A stretch of DNA of 64,000 nt from an uncultured Chloroflexia bacterium. Lineage in GTDB: Bacteria > Chloroflexota > UBA6077 > JACCZL01. The position numbers and the translations under genes were made by a program. Below, piece by piece: positions 10,836-21,022 of this stretch. The stretch's first letter is position 1. Each line of letters begins with the position of its first letter. The DNA lies in NCBI GenBank assembly GCA_963765765.1, contig CAVXYC010000023.1, positions 384,001 through 448,000 on the forward strand, in the 5' to 3' direction. The notes under the pieces were generated by a model. That model had not been told where the DNA came from and did no database searches. It worked only from the letters and a program-made list of their open reading frames with translations.

Positions 10836-11826
10836 ATGACCTTGACCCTCACTCTCGGGTGTGGAGACTACGACCGCACCTCCGCTCTCCGCACGGGGGA
10901 GGTGCGCCCGGAAGGCATTGAGCTCAACTATCTATCTTTTGAACCTGAAGAGGTCTTCTGGCGGATGGTTCGCTACCGCGAGTTCGATGTCTCGGAGCTT
11001 TCGCTGGGAAGCTACATCGTTCGCCGCTCCAAGGGCATTGACGATCTCGTGGCGATCCCCGTCTTCCCGTCCGCGGATGTTCCGACACTGCAGCATCTAC
11101 GTTCACGCGGGCGCCGGAATTCAGGAGGCGAAGGATCTTGTCGGGAAGCGCATGGGTGTGCCGGAGTATCAGATCACCGCGGCGACCTGGGCGCGCGGCA
11201 TTCTGGAGCACGAGTTTGGCATTCATCCGCGTGACGTAAGCTGGCACACGGGCGGGCAGCGCGAGCCGGGCCGCGTGGAAAAGCAGCATATCAATGTGGG
11301 TGAAGGTATCCACATCGAGTCATTGCCCGAGGGCCACACGCTGGATCAAGCGATCGCCGCGGGCGAGATCGATGCGCTCATTGCACCTCGGCACCCGTCC
11401 ACGTTCATGGACGGTAGCGGCCGCGTGAAGCGACTGTTCCCCAACTTTAAGGAGCTGGAGCAGGACTGGTATCGACGCACCGGCATCTTCCCGATCATGC
11501 ACACCATCGCCATTCGCAAGGACATCCTTCAAGCGAACCCCTGGGTAGCGCGCTCTCTGATGAAGGCGTTCGAGGAGGCCAAGAAGCGCACCTTCGTGAC
11601 CACTCCGGCGCTCTCCGCGCTAAAGGTAAGTCTACCGTGGCTCATGGATGAGTGGGAGCAGACGGAAGCGCTCATGGGCAAAGACTTCTGGCCCTACGGG
11701 GTGGACGCGAACCGAGAGAACATCGCCACCCTGATCCAGTACTCGTATGAGCAGGGGCTCATCGATCGGGTGCTCGGAGTAGATGAGTTGTTTCCGGAGT
11801 CGACGGGGGAGAACTACAAGATCTGA
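10836..11826 (+). CDS. 4,5-dihydroxyphthalate decarboxylase-like protein (frameshift near 11075)
   Basis: LTLGCGDYDRT, EFDVSELSLGSY, AIPVFPS then RMFRH...GVPEYQITA...GIFPIMH...DFWPYGV. Confidence 0.85.
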
Positions 11827-11850
11827 CCTCAGACTGACTTCGATCGCGTA

Positions 11851-11860
11851 TGGATATCCA
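11851..11860. promoter_or_regulatory. Perfect palindrome upstream of the antitoxin, candidate autoregulatory operator
   Basis: TGGATATCCA about 40 nt before the RHH antitoxin start. Confidence 0.4.
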
Positions 11861-11899
11861 GATATAGCTGGCTCAAGATCGCATGTGGGGCGGAGTTTG

Positions 11900-12173
11900 A
11901 TGCCCAAGGTACTGGTCAGTCTGGACGCGCAGCTCCTCGAGCGCCTGGATCGAGAGGCGCGTGAGCGAAGGGTATCCCGAAGCGCGATGCTCGCTGAGCT
12001 CGCTGCCAAAGGGCTGGGAGAGCCGCACTGGCCCGGGAGCCCGGCCCGAATCGCGCCAGCCGCTGGAGCGAATTAGAGCGATGTTTACCGAGGCGGGGAT
12101 CGCCGAAGACTCCACTGCCGTGATCCGCGCCATGCGGGATGAGCGGTCGGAACACTATGCACGCCGAGGGTGA
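11900..12173 (+). CDS. Ribbon-helix-helix (CopG-like) antitoxin (frameshift near 12020)
   Basis: MPKVLVSLDAQLLERLDREARERRVSRSAML, continuing in another frame to DSTAVIRAMRDER; GTGA overlap with the PIN gene. Confidence 0.8.
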
Positions 12174-12576
12174 ATGAGCTCGTTTTGGACGCCTCGGTCC
12201 TGGTTAAGTGGTTCAAGTCCGCTGGTGAGCAACATTTCGCGCCGGCGCGCGACCTCTACGATCGTTTCAGTCGCGGCAAGCTGGTTGTTCTCGTGCCCCC
12301 ACTGGTGTTTCTCGAGCTGCTGAACGCCGCTGCCCGTGGGTGGCGATGGGGAAACCTATCAGCTCGAGACGTTTTGCCGGCGATCTTGAGCTTCTCGGCC
12401 TGGAGGTCCGCCAACCGGCTCTGGTCCGCGTCGCTCATTGGTGCGCTCGAGGTCTCACGGCTTACGACGCCGCCTATGTCGCACTTGCGGAGGAGCGGCG
12501 CACCGTGGTCGTAACCGAGGATGAGCAAATCATCACGGTGGCCGGGGACCTCGCTCGGACGCTTCGTAAGGTGTGA
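12170..12576 (+). CDS. VapC-like PIN domain toxin (frameshift near 12355)
   Basis: VLDASVLVKWF, ELLNA, LTAYDAAYVALAE, VVTED. Confidence 0.85.
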
Positions 12577-12652
12577 CGTCGGAGTACCACTTCGCCCTTC
12601 GGCGTAGGTGAATTCCTGTTCGTTCCGCCGAGTCCTCGTACAATCGTCTGCC

Positions 12653-14119
12653 ATGTCCGGGACACCAACGCTTCTTCTCCGACCTTACACGACCGCCGAT
12701 CACGATGCCGTCATGGAGGTTCACCGACTAGGGCTCCAGAACGCCGGCCGAGATCCTGAGCCGGGGCCCTGGGATGCTGATCTCGGGCATATAGAGGATT
12801 ACTACCAGCGAGCTGGCGAATTTCTGGTGGGTGAGTGTGACGATCGTATCGTCGCGATCGGGGGGCTGCGCGTCCTGCCCTCGGGTGTTGGAGAGCTGAA
12901 GCGCATGCGCATCCACCCTGAGTATTTCGGACGAAGCTACGATCAAATGCTCCTCGATACGCTAACCGACCGCGCGCTGGCGCTGGGGGCGAATCGACTA
13001 TTGTTGGACATCGATGAGCGACGCGTCCCCGCGCAAGAGCTTTACGTCCGCAATGGCTTCGTTCGTCAGGGCACGCTGGTGGTGGGTCGCACTCCGAGCA
13101 TCATCTTCGAGAAGCCGCTCGATGCTGAAAACACCGACGATCTCGATGCGCTCCTGGGCAAAACCCTCATAGAGGCAAATCTCAGCGGGATCGCGGTGGC
13201 CTGGCGGCGAGCCCACGTGGATCCCGTCATCAAGATAGTGAGCAACGATATTCACGGTGCTCCACTCACCACTGACGCTCTGTACCCAACAGCGTCGCTC
13301 ACAAAACTCACCGTCGCGTTAGCGATACTGAGACTCGTTGACCAGGGTGCACTTGATCTCGATGCGCCTCTGAAGCACGTTCTTCCCGAGGCAGCCGCCG
13401 AACGAGCTACGCTGCGCAGCTTGCTCTGCCATACGGCCGGGCTGCCAGAAATGCCGATGGTCACGGTTGGAACCTGGCGGGAGATTGGCCCATCATGCTT
13501 GACCACCCCACCCGAGCATGAGCCCGGCACTCGGGTGCTCTACAGCAACCAGGGATACGGGCTGCTGGGTATTGCGCTGGAGCGCGTGACCGGGCGACCC
13601 TTCGGCGAGGCGCTCCGATTGCTGGTGATCGAGCCGCTTGGTCTGGATGCGCACGTGGCAGATGCGCTTCTACGCCGGCCAGTGCAGGGCTGGAAGTTCA
13701 GGGTGCTTCCCGCCGGCGGCGTGTTCATGACGATAGAGGCGGCCTTGATGCTCGTTGAAGCCTTCAAGAATCCACCGATCGGGTTTCTCAGCGAAGCGCT
13801 TGTCTCCGCCGCGACCACCGACCAGACGGGCGGTGTGCCTGGCGGGGTGAGCCCGCGGATGCAATGGACGAAGTGTCCTTGGGGCCTAGGTCCCGAGATC
13901 CACGACGATCGCTATTCACTCTGGATCCCGCGCTCAGCCGGCGCTTCGTCCTTCGGGCACGCCGGTGCCAGCGGCTGCGTTGCCTGGTGCGACCCAGAGG
14001 TCGACGTCTCCTGGGCCATCCTGACGGTACCGCCAAGCGATCGCTCCGCAGACATCCGTTGGCACCTTCAAAGCCGCCCGAATCTAGCGGATATCGGCGA
14101 AGCAATCCTCACTCAATAG
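12653..14119 (+). CDS. GNAT acetyltransferase fused to a beta-lactamase-family serine hydrolase
   Basis: N-part GELKRMRIHP...AQELYVRNGF; C-part ASLTK (SxxK), LLCHTAG, YSN (YxN), FGHAGASG. Confidence 0.8.
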   Translation: MSGTPTLLLRPYTTADHDAVMEVHRLGLQNAGRDPEPGPWDADLGHIEDYYQRAGEFLVGECDDRIVAIGGLRVLPSGVGELKRMRIHPEYFGRSYDQMLLDTLTDRALALGANRLLLDIDERRVPAQELYVRNGFVRQGTLVVGRTPSIIFEKPLDAENTDDLDALLGKTLIEANLSGIAVAWRRAHVDPVIKIVSNDIHGAPLTTDALYPTASLTKLTVALAILRLVDQGALDLDAPLKHVLPEAAAERATLRSLLCHTAGLPEMPMVTVGTWREIGPSCLTTPPEHEPGTRVLYSNQGYGLLGIALERVTGRPFGEALRLLVIEPLGLDAHVADALLRRPVQGWKFRVLPAGGVFMTIEAALMLVEAFKNPPIGFLSEALVSAATTDQTGGVPGGVSPRMQWTKCPWGLGPEIHDDRYSLWIPRSAGASSFGHAGASGCVAWCDPEVDVSWAILTVPPSDRSADIRWHLQSRPNLADIGEAILTQ

Positions 14120-14213
14120 CAGAGCCGCATCCCGTAAGGGTGCGGTCCCTCAGTGAACGCTCCGACTCCGGCAACATTCATCAACCAGCCTCCTCGGAAG
14201 TCCCTCAGCTTAG

Positions 14214-14828
14214 CTACCGATAGCTCGCCTGGGTCTTCACCGCACCGTCCCATTCGCTCACTGGTGAGGCGTGCCACGCCCAGTCGGCGCCCACACGCGG
14301 ATGGCCTGGAAGATCGGCGCGGCCGGTTGCCCACTGCAACGTTTGCCACGGGTCTGTGTCTGCCGGAGCCCAGGGAAATAGACGAGCCAGCACCTGGCTT
14401 ACCAGATCCGCGGGTGGATTGAACTCGAGACCCATGCCCCGCGCCACGTCATGCGTGTGTACGAGCATTTCAATGCAGCCCATGGCAACGTAGCCATCGC
14501 GATCAGAGCGGCCGAATGTATGGTATCCGCGTGTCTCAGGCGACGCCGCGCGCGCTACCTGGCAGAGCACGGCCGCGCGAAGCTCCACGATGTGGAGGAG
14601 ATCCGCGGGCGTGCATTCCGGGTGGCTCACCAGCTGGAAAGGCAGTCGCTTGGAATCAGGGCCGGCGAGATAGAGCGAGTACCGGTCCAATGCATGTCCG
14701 ACGTGCTCCATGGTAGTTCGGCAATCCCAGTCCAGCCCACCGGCGCGTGTGGACCAATCCGCCGAGACAACCGGTCCAAGTGCCCCCAGCATGGCCTCGG
14801 CAGCATGCCGTGCGATTTCAGGCTGCAT
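14214..14828 (-). CDS. Maleylpyruvate isomerase N-terminal (DinB-like) domain protein
   Basis: DWDCRTTMEH, EMLVHTHDVARG, LARLFP, LQWATGR. Confidence 0.8.
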   Translation of the reverse strand: MQPEIARHAAEAMLGALGPVVSADWSTRAGGLDWDCRTTMEHVGHALDRYSLYLAGPDSKRLPFQLVSHPECTPADLLHIVELRAAVLCQVARAASPETRGYHTFGRSDRDGYVAMGCIEMLVHTHDVARGMGLEFNPPADLVSQVLARLFPWAPADTDPWQTLQWATGRADLPGHPRVGADWAWHASPVSEWDGAVKTQASYR

Positions 14829-15013
14829 CGTTTCTCCCTTGATTGCGGACGTTGTGATGCCTCTGTGACGTTTTTCCCGCTTGAGTCAGGAACGTAATGT
14901 GCCCGCGATGCGCTTGTTATGGAATGTGGGACTCCCGAAGTGGTTGGGCCCTCGAATTCTATTCCAGGCAGCGTACGCCGAAAGGCGGATCAGACTTACC
15001 ACAGGGGGTGGAC

Positions 15014-15250
15014 ATGAGTCTGCACCGAAGATCGAATACCGCGACGCAGGGAAGCTGGCTTGCGATAGCCGCCATGGCTATTGCCGCTCTCGCGGTGGTC
15101 CAGCTTGTTATTGGCTCCAAGCCGATTGTCTGGCTACTGGTCGCCTGCGTGGCAGTCTGGGGCTTACTGGCGCAAGCTAGTCGTTCGGAAGACTCCAGGC
15201 CGATTCGCATGCGGCCCAGCTATCACCGCTCTCGCCCGGCAGGCCGTTAA
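15014..15250 (+). CDS. Small two-helix membrane protein
   Basis: G-rich RBS, two hydrophobic stretches, basic tail. Confidence 0.5.
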   Translation: MSLHRRSNTATQGSWLAIAAMAIAALAVVQLVIGSKPIVWLLVACVAVWGLLAQASRSEDSRPIRMRPSYHRSRPAGR

Positions 15251-15348
15251 CTCGAGACCTGGAGCCCACGCGACCGTTCTCAACCGTCGCGTGTTACGCG
15301 TACAATGGCAGCGATGTCGGCTCCGTCACGCCGCTTCAGGAGCTATGC

Positions 15349-15570
15349 ATGATCTCCGTCTACTTGCGCAATGGTGATCTGGCCGAAGTGAATGCCGAGT
15401 CGATCGAGACGCGAAGCTGGGCGCTAGCCGACGGCAGCCAGCTCAACAGCGTTGTCTGTCTCGACGCTGCCGGTAGCATTGTGGGCCAATTCGTGATGGA
15501 TCAGATCACCGGCTGGGCGTTGAGCGAGGAAGATGACATCTTCAACTTCGATCCCGACGACGATGATTAG
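15349..15570 (+). CDS. Small acidic hypothetical protein
   Basis: AGGAG RBS; beta-rich pattern and DPDDDD tail. Confidence 0.6.
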   Translation: MISVYLRNGDLAEVNAESIETRSWALADGSQLNSVVCLDAAGSIVGQFVMDQITGWALSEEDDIFNFDPDDDD

Positions 15571-15692
15571 AGTCGGTCCGAGCCTCCTCGCGTGAGTTGA
15601 CGGCGGGCTAGTTCGGGAATCAAGTAAGGGACCGTACTCTCACGGGATGCGGCGCTGCTCCCCAGTTAAGTCGTGCTGAAAGACTCCAGATC

Positions 15693-16391
15693 GTGCGATC
15701 ATCCCTAGACCCTTCCGTATTGACATTTGATTGCTTCGGTACGCTTATCGACTGGGAGCGGGGCATTCTGACTGCGCTCCAGCCGATTCTGCGGGCGCGT
15801 TCGATCAGCCTGGACGATGACGATGTGCTGGAGCGGTTCGCTCCGCTTGAGGCGGCAGCCGAGGCCGGTCCGTACCTTACCTATCGCGCGGTGCTCGGGC
15901 AGGTAGTTGACGGGTTTGGCGAACAGCTCGGATTCGCAGCCACGCAAGCTGAGCGTTACGCGCTCAGCGAGTCGGTACCCTCGTGGCCGCCGTTCGCCGA
16001 CACTGGCCCAGGACTGCGCGCGCTCAAGACTCGATTCAAGCTGGCGGTCATTACCAACTGCGATACCGATCTGTTCGCCGCCACGGCCAAGCAGTTCCCC
16101 GTCTCATTCGATGAAGTCATTACTGCTGAGCAGGTGGGCAGTTACAAGCCGTCCAGGAAGAACTTTGAAGTAGCTTTCGAGCGCCTGGGCGTCCCCCGCG
16201 AGAATATTCTCCACGTCGCGCAGAGCCTGTATCACGATATAGCCCCAGCACGTGAGCTTGGCCTCACCACCGTTTGGGTCAATCGCCGAGGGAACGCCTC
16301 TGGCAGCGGCGCTACGCCGCAAGCAGCGGCGACGCCGGACTACGAGGTGCCCGACCTTCGATCGCTTGTGGAGCTCCTGGGCCTGCTTTAG
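15693..16391 (+). CDS. Haloacid dehalogenase type II (HAD superfamily)
   Basis: FDCFGTLIDWE, GSYKPS, LHVAQSLYHDI. Confidence 0.9.
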   Translation: MRSSLDPSVLTFDCFGTLIDWERGILTALQPILRARSISLDDDDVLERFAPLEAAAEAGPYLTYRAVLGQVVDGFGEQLGFAATQAERYALSESVPSWPPFADTGPGLRALKTRFKLAVITNCDTDLFAATAKQFPVSFDEVITAEQVGSYKPSRKNFEVAFERLGVPRENILHVAQSLYHDIAPARELGLTTVWVNRRGNASGSGATPQAAATPDYEVPDLRSLVELLGLL

Positions 16392-16414
16392 GCGCGAACT
16401 GTCGTAGCGCCCCG

Positions 16415-17706
16415 TTACACCGGCGCTAGCATGCCCTCGCGGTGCTGCTCCAGGAAGCGTTCGAAGTTTCCGTGCTCGGAGACCGCGTCGTACGATCGGA
16501 TGCTGTAGACGTCCCCGTTGTAGGGCGCCATGGGGGCCTTGCCTTCCTTCAGATCCTTCGCCATGCTAAGCAGCCGCCGTCGGACCGAGATGATGGCCAG
16601 ATCCGATGTCCCTAGACGCTCACGCGTACGGTCCATGACTCGGCCCATTCCTTCCGTCATCGCTCGATCCTGTGTCGGCACTCGGAAGATACCTGTGTAA
16701 TTGCGCGTGCGCTGCATCTCGCGGTCCATCAAGTAATCATTCGACTTCTTGGTCTGCGGATTCCAGATGGTGGTTACGCCGCCTTCAGGAAAGTGGACGG
16801 GGCCGTAATCGTTTTCCCGCTCCCATGCCTTTCCGTAGCCAAACGCCTCGTTTTCATCGTCCGTGATCGGTCGGTCGGCCCGGTAGCGGAAGCTGAATAC
16901 CGCGGTGTGGTAGTCATCGATCGGTACCCAGGCGCGACCCGTCACCGGCCAGCTTTTGTTCGCAATGATCGTGTGAAACGGCATGAGCCATTGCGTCACA
17001 CGCCAGTTGTAATTGCCATCATGCGTGTCGTACCGACCACCGTACGCCATGCCATAGTCCGTGTGATGCGTGGAGAGTCGCGGAGACTTGGTTGCCATGA
17101 CCTCAAACCGGCGGGAGGTCTGCATGAGCGTCCGGGTCGGTCGCCGAGTGGAGAAACATGCTGTGCGACGTATCGATGTCGCCTTCGAGTGCCTGCAGCC
17201 AATTGCAATCGGCCAGCCATACGATCACCGAAAGATGGCCATCTGGAACCAATGTCCACTCGAGCCGTGGAAGCTCGGGCTCGAGGTCCGGGGGGCCCAT
17301 GTAAATCCAGACCACTCCAGCTTGCTCTCTACCGGGGTACGCGGCTCACGCGGACCTTGTGCTTGAAGTTGCTCTCGAGTGGCTCATTGGGCATGTCCAC
17401 GCACGCGCCGGAAGTATCAAACTTCCAGCCGTGATAGACGCATCGGAGTCCTTCTTCCTCGTTACGGCCGAAGAAGAGCGAGGCGCCGCGATGCGGGCAG
17501 TTCTCAGCGACGAATCCTATCCTTCCGTTCGTATCGCGGAATGCGACGAGCTGCTCACCCAGAATTCTCACCCGGACTGGCGGCGCGTCCGGCTCTGGAA
17601 TCTGCCGCGAAAGAAGCGCCGGCACCCAGAAACGGCGCATCAGCGCACCCATAGGCGTTCCCGGACCAACCTGAGTCACAAGCGCGTTGTCTTCACGTGT
17701 CAGCAT
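16415..17706 (-). CDS. Rieske non-heme iron oxygenase, phthalate 4,5-dioxygenase/LigXa-like (two frameshifts)
   Basis: CPHRGASL...CVYHGW Rieske motif, NWLQALEGDIDTSHSMFLH iron motif, QDRAMTEGMG; pieces 17329..17706, 17103..17315, 16415..17125. Confidence 0.9.
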
Positions 17707-17818
17707 GGCGTCCCCTTCGAGCCGCGGCTCGGAACAGTCAGTACTGGGAGCGTAGGGACTTCACCTATGCGAGTCAAGGCGAGAGGTCGACACTGCCACT
17801 GGCGCCCGATGTGATCCG

Positions 17819-18383
17819 CTAAGGCACGTCGGAGTAAATCGTATAGCCCTGATCTCGCAGCTCGTCATAAAGCGCCTCGAAGTCTGCTTGTCCCGTCGGG
17901 ATGACGCGTTCATCCGCGACGACGAGCGCTGCCTGCGCCCGCATCCCAGACGTAGCGTGTGTCGACGATGACGGCAGGACAGCAACGCGCATCCGTCGGC
18001 CCGTAGCGCGGCGCGATGATGCGCACATCCGGATGACTTTCACGATTGAGCCCTCGAACTGCCACTGTCGCGCTCCGCACGCCAGTGACACTGACCAATA
18101 CGCGACCGTCGTCAGGATCTCGTACCCAGTAGGACACACTGCAATTGGCTCCGCACCCACTTTCATACTGCACGGTATAGGCGTGGTTGATCTCCCAGCT
18201 CTCGCACGCCATCAACGCGGCGCAGCGACGCTCTGGCGGATCATCCTGGGCAGAGACGAGGCTAGCGGGAACGAGGGTGCCTGCCGCGAAAGCGAGAGCT
18301 GCCAGCAGCGTCAGAATGGCGACACGCAATGTGGGGGCGAACCTCCGGCGAGCGCTGGTCTGTGCGCACAGACCGACGCGCAT
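17819..18383 (-). CDS. Secreted Cys-rich protein with LppP/LprE-like YxxxDxxCCP motif (frameshift near 17930)
   Basis: Hydrophobic signal ending VSA-QDD; YGPTDARCCP; tail continues in the 17819..18166 frame. Start uncertain. Confidence 0.5.
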
Positions 18384-18499
18384 TTTCCAGAACTGGACGT
18401 CGTGGGAACAATCGATGGCGAGACGGCTGTTAGCGAATGCGCCGTCGATCTCGTTGCCTCTACATGGCGAACATAGAGGAGTTACCCCTTGAAGCGGCC

Positions 18500-18890
18500 T
18501 GGTCAGCCTCGGCGATGCCGGGCGGCTCATTACCTGATCCACGGCGTCGAGCAACACGTCAATATCAAACGGTTTGTGGATGAGCGTGGACGCACCCATG
18601 GAAACAGCCTTGCGTTGAGCATCCCGATCGGCGCTCACGACGATGAACTCGGGAGCTGGGCCATTCCCGGCGCGCAGAGCGTCCGCCACGTGGACGCCAT
18701 CATAGATTGGCAGCCCAAGGTCGAGAATAACCAGCGACGGCTGATACTGGGTGGCGCAATTCAGGGCTTCACGGCCGTCGGAGGCGCTGACAACGTTGTA
18801 CCCACGATCGTCAAGCATCCAGAGAATGAGTTGACAAATCACAGGATCATCCTCCACCACGAGAATGACATCCGGATCGCGCGGAGCCAT
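18500..18890 (-). CDS. Single-domain response regulator (3' end uncertain)
   Basis: ILVVEDD, VILDLGLP, VVSA, KPFD receiver motifs. Confidence 0.85.
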
Positions 18891-19337
18891 GGACACCTCT
18901 TCCCTCGTCCGATACAGCCTCGAATGCGCAGGATACGTACCACGCTAAGTAGCGGTACAGGATGCGGCCACAAACGAGTGCTGCCCGCCGATGGGGAAAG
19001 TCGGCGGGTTGCCTGGCGGTGGCTGGCGTGCGCTTCGAGTCACACTTCGTCGAGCAGTGATGCTCTGGCGAAGTGGATGCGGCTGACAGGTCGCGCGACC
19101 AACTTCGTGTGGAGGCCGCGGTCGCAGCCTTCACACGATTAGAACGCCGCGCCACACTCGAGGGGATGGCCCGTTTCAACGCACTTGCAATTGCTCTGAT
19201 AGTTGGAGGCGGGCACTGGCTTGGAGCTCCCTTTGTCGCTCACCGCGAGCACGCAGCAAACAGTGGCGACCAAGAGGCCCTGCGGCGGGTGCCACATCAG
19301 ACAGCCAACCCGCGGCGGGTCATAACGGGATCCGCAG

Positions 19338-19547
19338 CTATTGCTTCACCGCCTCTGGATCCCACTTCAGAGCGATGGTTCCGCCACAGTGCTCGTGACC
19401 TGGCTGAGTCCGATCGCACCCATAGGTGCGTGCGCACATCTGACACGTGACCTCGCCGGTCGACCCATCGTGAATTAACATCGACGCGTTGCAGTTCGAG
19501 CAGCTACCTGCAATGAGCGAAGATCCAGGGGTGGTGTGCCTCGCCAT
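19338..19547 (-). CDS. Small zinc-ribbon protein
   Basis: AGGAAGGA RBS; CSNC...DGSTGEVTCQMC plus C...HEHC. Confidence 0.6.
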   Translation of the reverse strand: MARHTTPGSSLIAGSCSNCNASMLIHDGSTGEVTCQMCARTYGCDRTQPGHEHCGGTIALKWDPEAVKQ

Positions 19548-20004
19548 GGTGGATTTCCTTCCTATCAGGGTGGATCAATAAACTCAGTCACGCCACCCGC
19601 TATGTTTGACTCAGGCTATTCGCTACTTCAGATATGGGCCGGCAACCGCGGGATTAGGACGTCCAGTTGTACTGGGTGTTTACCGTTGTACTTCGGAAAG
19701 CGGCGTTACGCGGAATATCATGCCGACTCGAACTGCCACCGAGGGGTTTCCGAAACGTGCGGGCCTTCACCCGGGCGACATAAGCCGCTTGATTGCTTTG
19801 GGCGGAACGATGCTAACAGAAAGTGCCTATCGAATTCGCCGGAAAGTAGCGTTGTAGCAACGTTCACTGAACATTCTTTACGTAACATAGGAGATGATGC
19901 GCCTGGGAGGCGCGCAATGCCATAGACTTCATAGGGAGACTGCCTATCGCGATGATCGTGAGGCTGCTCTCCTGTCCCCTAAAGTTTCCGAAGAGGTGCG
20001 CCAA

Positions 20005-20295
20005 TTGACCTACGTCATCGCCGAGCCCTGTGTCGATGTGAAGAACAAGTCGTGCGTCGATGTCTGTCCCGTGAGCTGCATTTATATCGAAGACGACACG
20101 GTCGACCGTACGCTGTACATCAATCCTGATGAGTGCATTGACTGTGGAGCCTGCGAGCCTGAGTGCCCCGTGAACGCGATCTTCGAGGGCAGCTCGTTGC
20201 CGGACAACTGGAGCGAATACGCTGCGCTCAATGCCCAGTGGTTTGAGGATAAGGACGCGGTTCGCGCGAGAATCGACGAGATAAAGCCAGCGTAG
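20005..20295 (+). CDS. Ferredoxin (FdxA-type dicluster)
   Basis: TTG start after GAGGT; TYVIAEPCVDVKNKSCVDVCPV...ECIDCGACEPECPV. Confidence 0.95.
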   Translation: MTYVIAEPCVDVKNKSCVDVCPVSCIYIEDDTVDRTLYINPDECIDCGACEPECPVNAIFEGSSLPDNWSEYAALNAQWFEDKDAVRARIDEIKPA

Positions 20296-20403
20296 GCACC
20301 CATCGGCCGAGCCGATTCGTACCGAGCCACACCTGAATTTGCAGCGGATTTCAATTCAGGTGTGGCCACGGCGGGATGCAATTCCGCTTACCGCAACGTC
20401 CGC

Positions 20404-20841
20404 CTAGGTCAAGTGCATAATCTCCAGCCCGCCCCACGCGTCGCGCAAGTACTCGGCGACCAGGCGTCGGTGGCAATGATGAGGCTGATCCTCGCTGCAC
20501 AACAGCACGCTGCCGTCTATCTGCTCCGGCAAGACCGCCCGATCGATCTCGCGCTCGCGCAAAAGGTCTAAGAACTTTCGCTCGTAAGCTGGCCAGCCTT
20601 CGCCTTGCTTCCGGTATGTGTCCAGTAATGTCTGAGTAGGCGCGAGAATCGGCAGGTGCAAGTAGTCCATTTCGCAGATCTCGCGCAGGAAGTACTCGAG
20701 ATCTTGCCGCTTCGCAAAGCCGGCAAGCTGCGACACGTTGTTGAGACGCACGTCAAGCAATCGTTGCGCACCCGATTCGCGCAACAGCGTGAAGAAGGTT
20801 TCGGCGGACTTCTTCGTAAAGCCGATCGTGTGAACTTTCAT
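20404..20841 (-). CDS. DUF488 domain protein
   Basis: TIGFTKKSAE, LLDVRLNN.SQLAGF, LLCSEDQPHHCHRRLVAEYL. Confidence 0.9.
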   Translation of the reverse strand: MKVHTIGFTKKSAETFFTLLRESGAQRLLDVRLNNVSQLAGFAKRQDLEYFLREICEMDYLHLPILAPTQTLLDTYRKQGEGWPAYERKFLDLLREREIDRAVLPEQIDGSVLLCSEDQPHHCHRRLVAEYLRDAWGGLEIMHLT

Positions 20842-21022
20842 GGCACCACTGTCTCAATTTTCCGATTGACGTGAGCGATGCGTCTCGGGATTGAGCGTGC
20901 AACCCTCGGCAAGCACGTGACGCACACCGTACTCCCCGCTGAGAAAATCCTGTCATACCGCGATTTGGATAGACGGTGAAGCTGGTGGCCACGCATCACT
21001 AACTTCCAGGTCGGCCGCTGTG

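Noticed and set aside
17910-18896. 328-aa ORF fusing a response regulator to a secreted Cys-rich protein
   Set aside because: An internal signal peptide and a non-protein-like linker suggest two genes joined by a lost stop or chance read-through.
19073-19450. 125-aa + strand ORF
   Set aside because: No clear RBS or motif, and it overlaps the better-supported zinc-ribbon gene; a shorter real peptide cannot be excluded.
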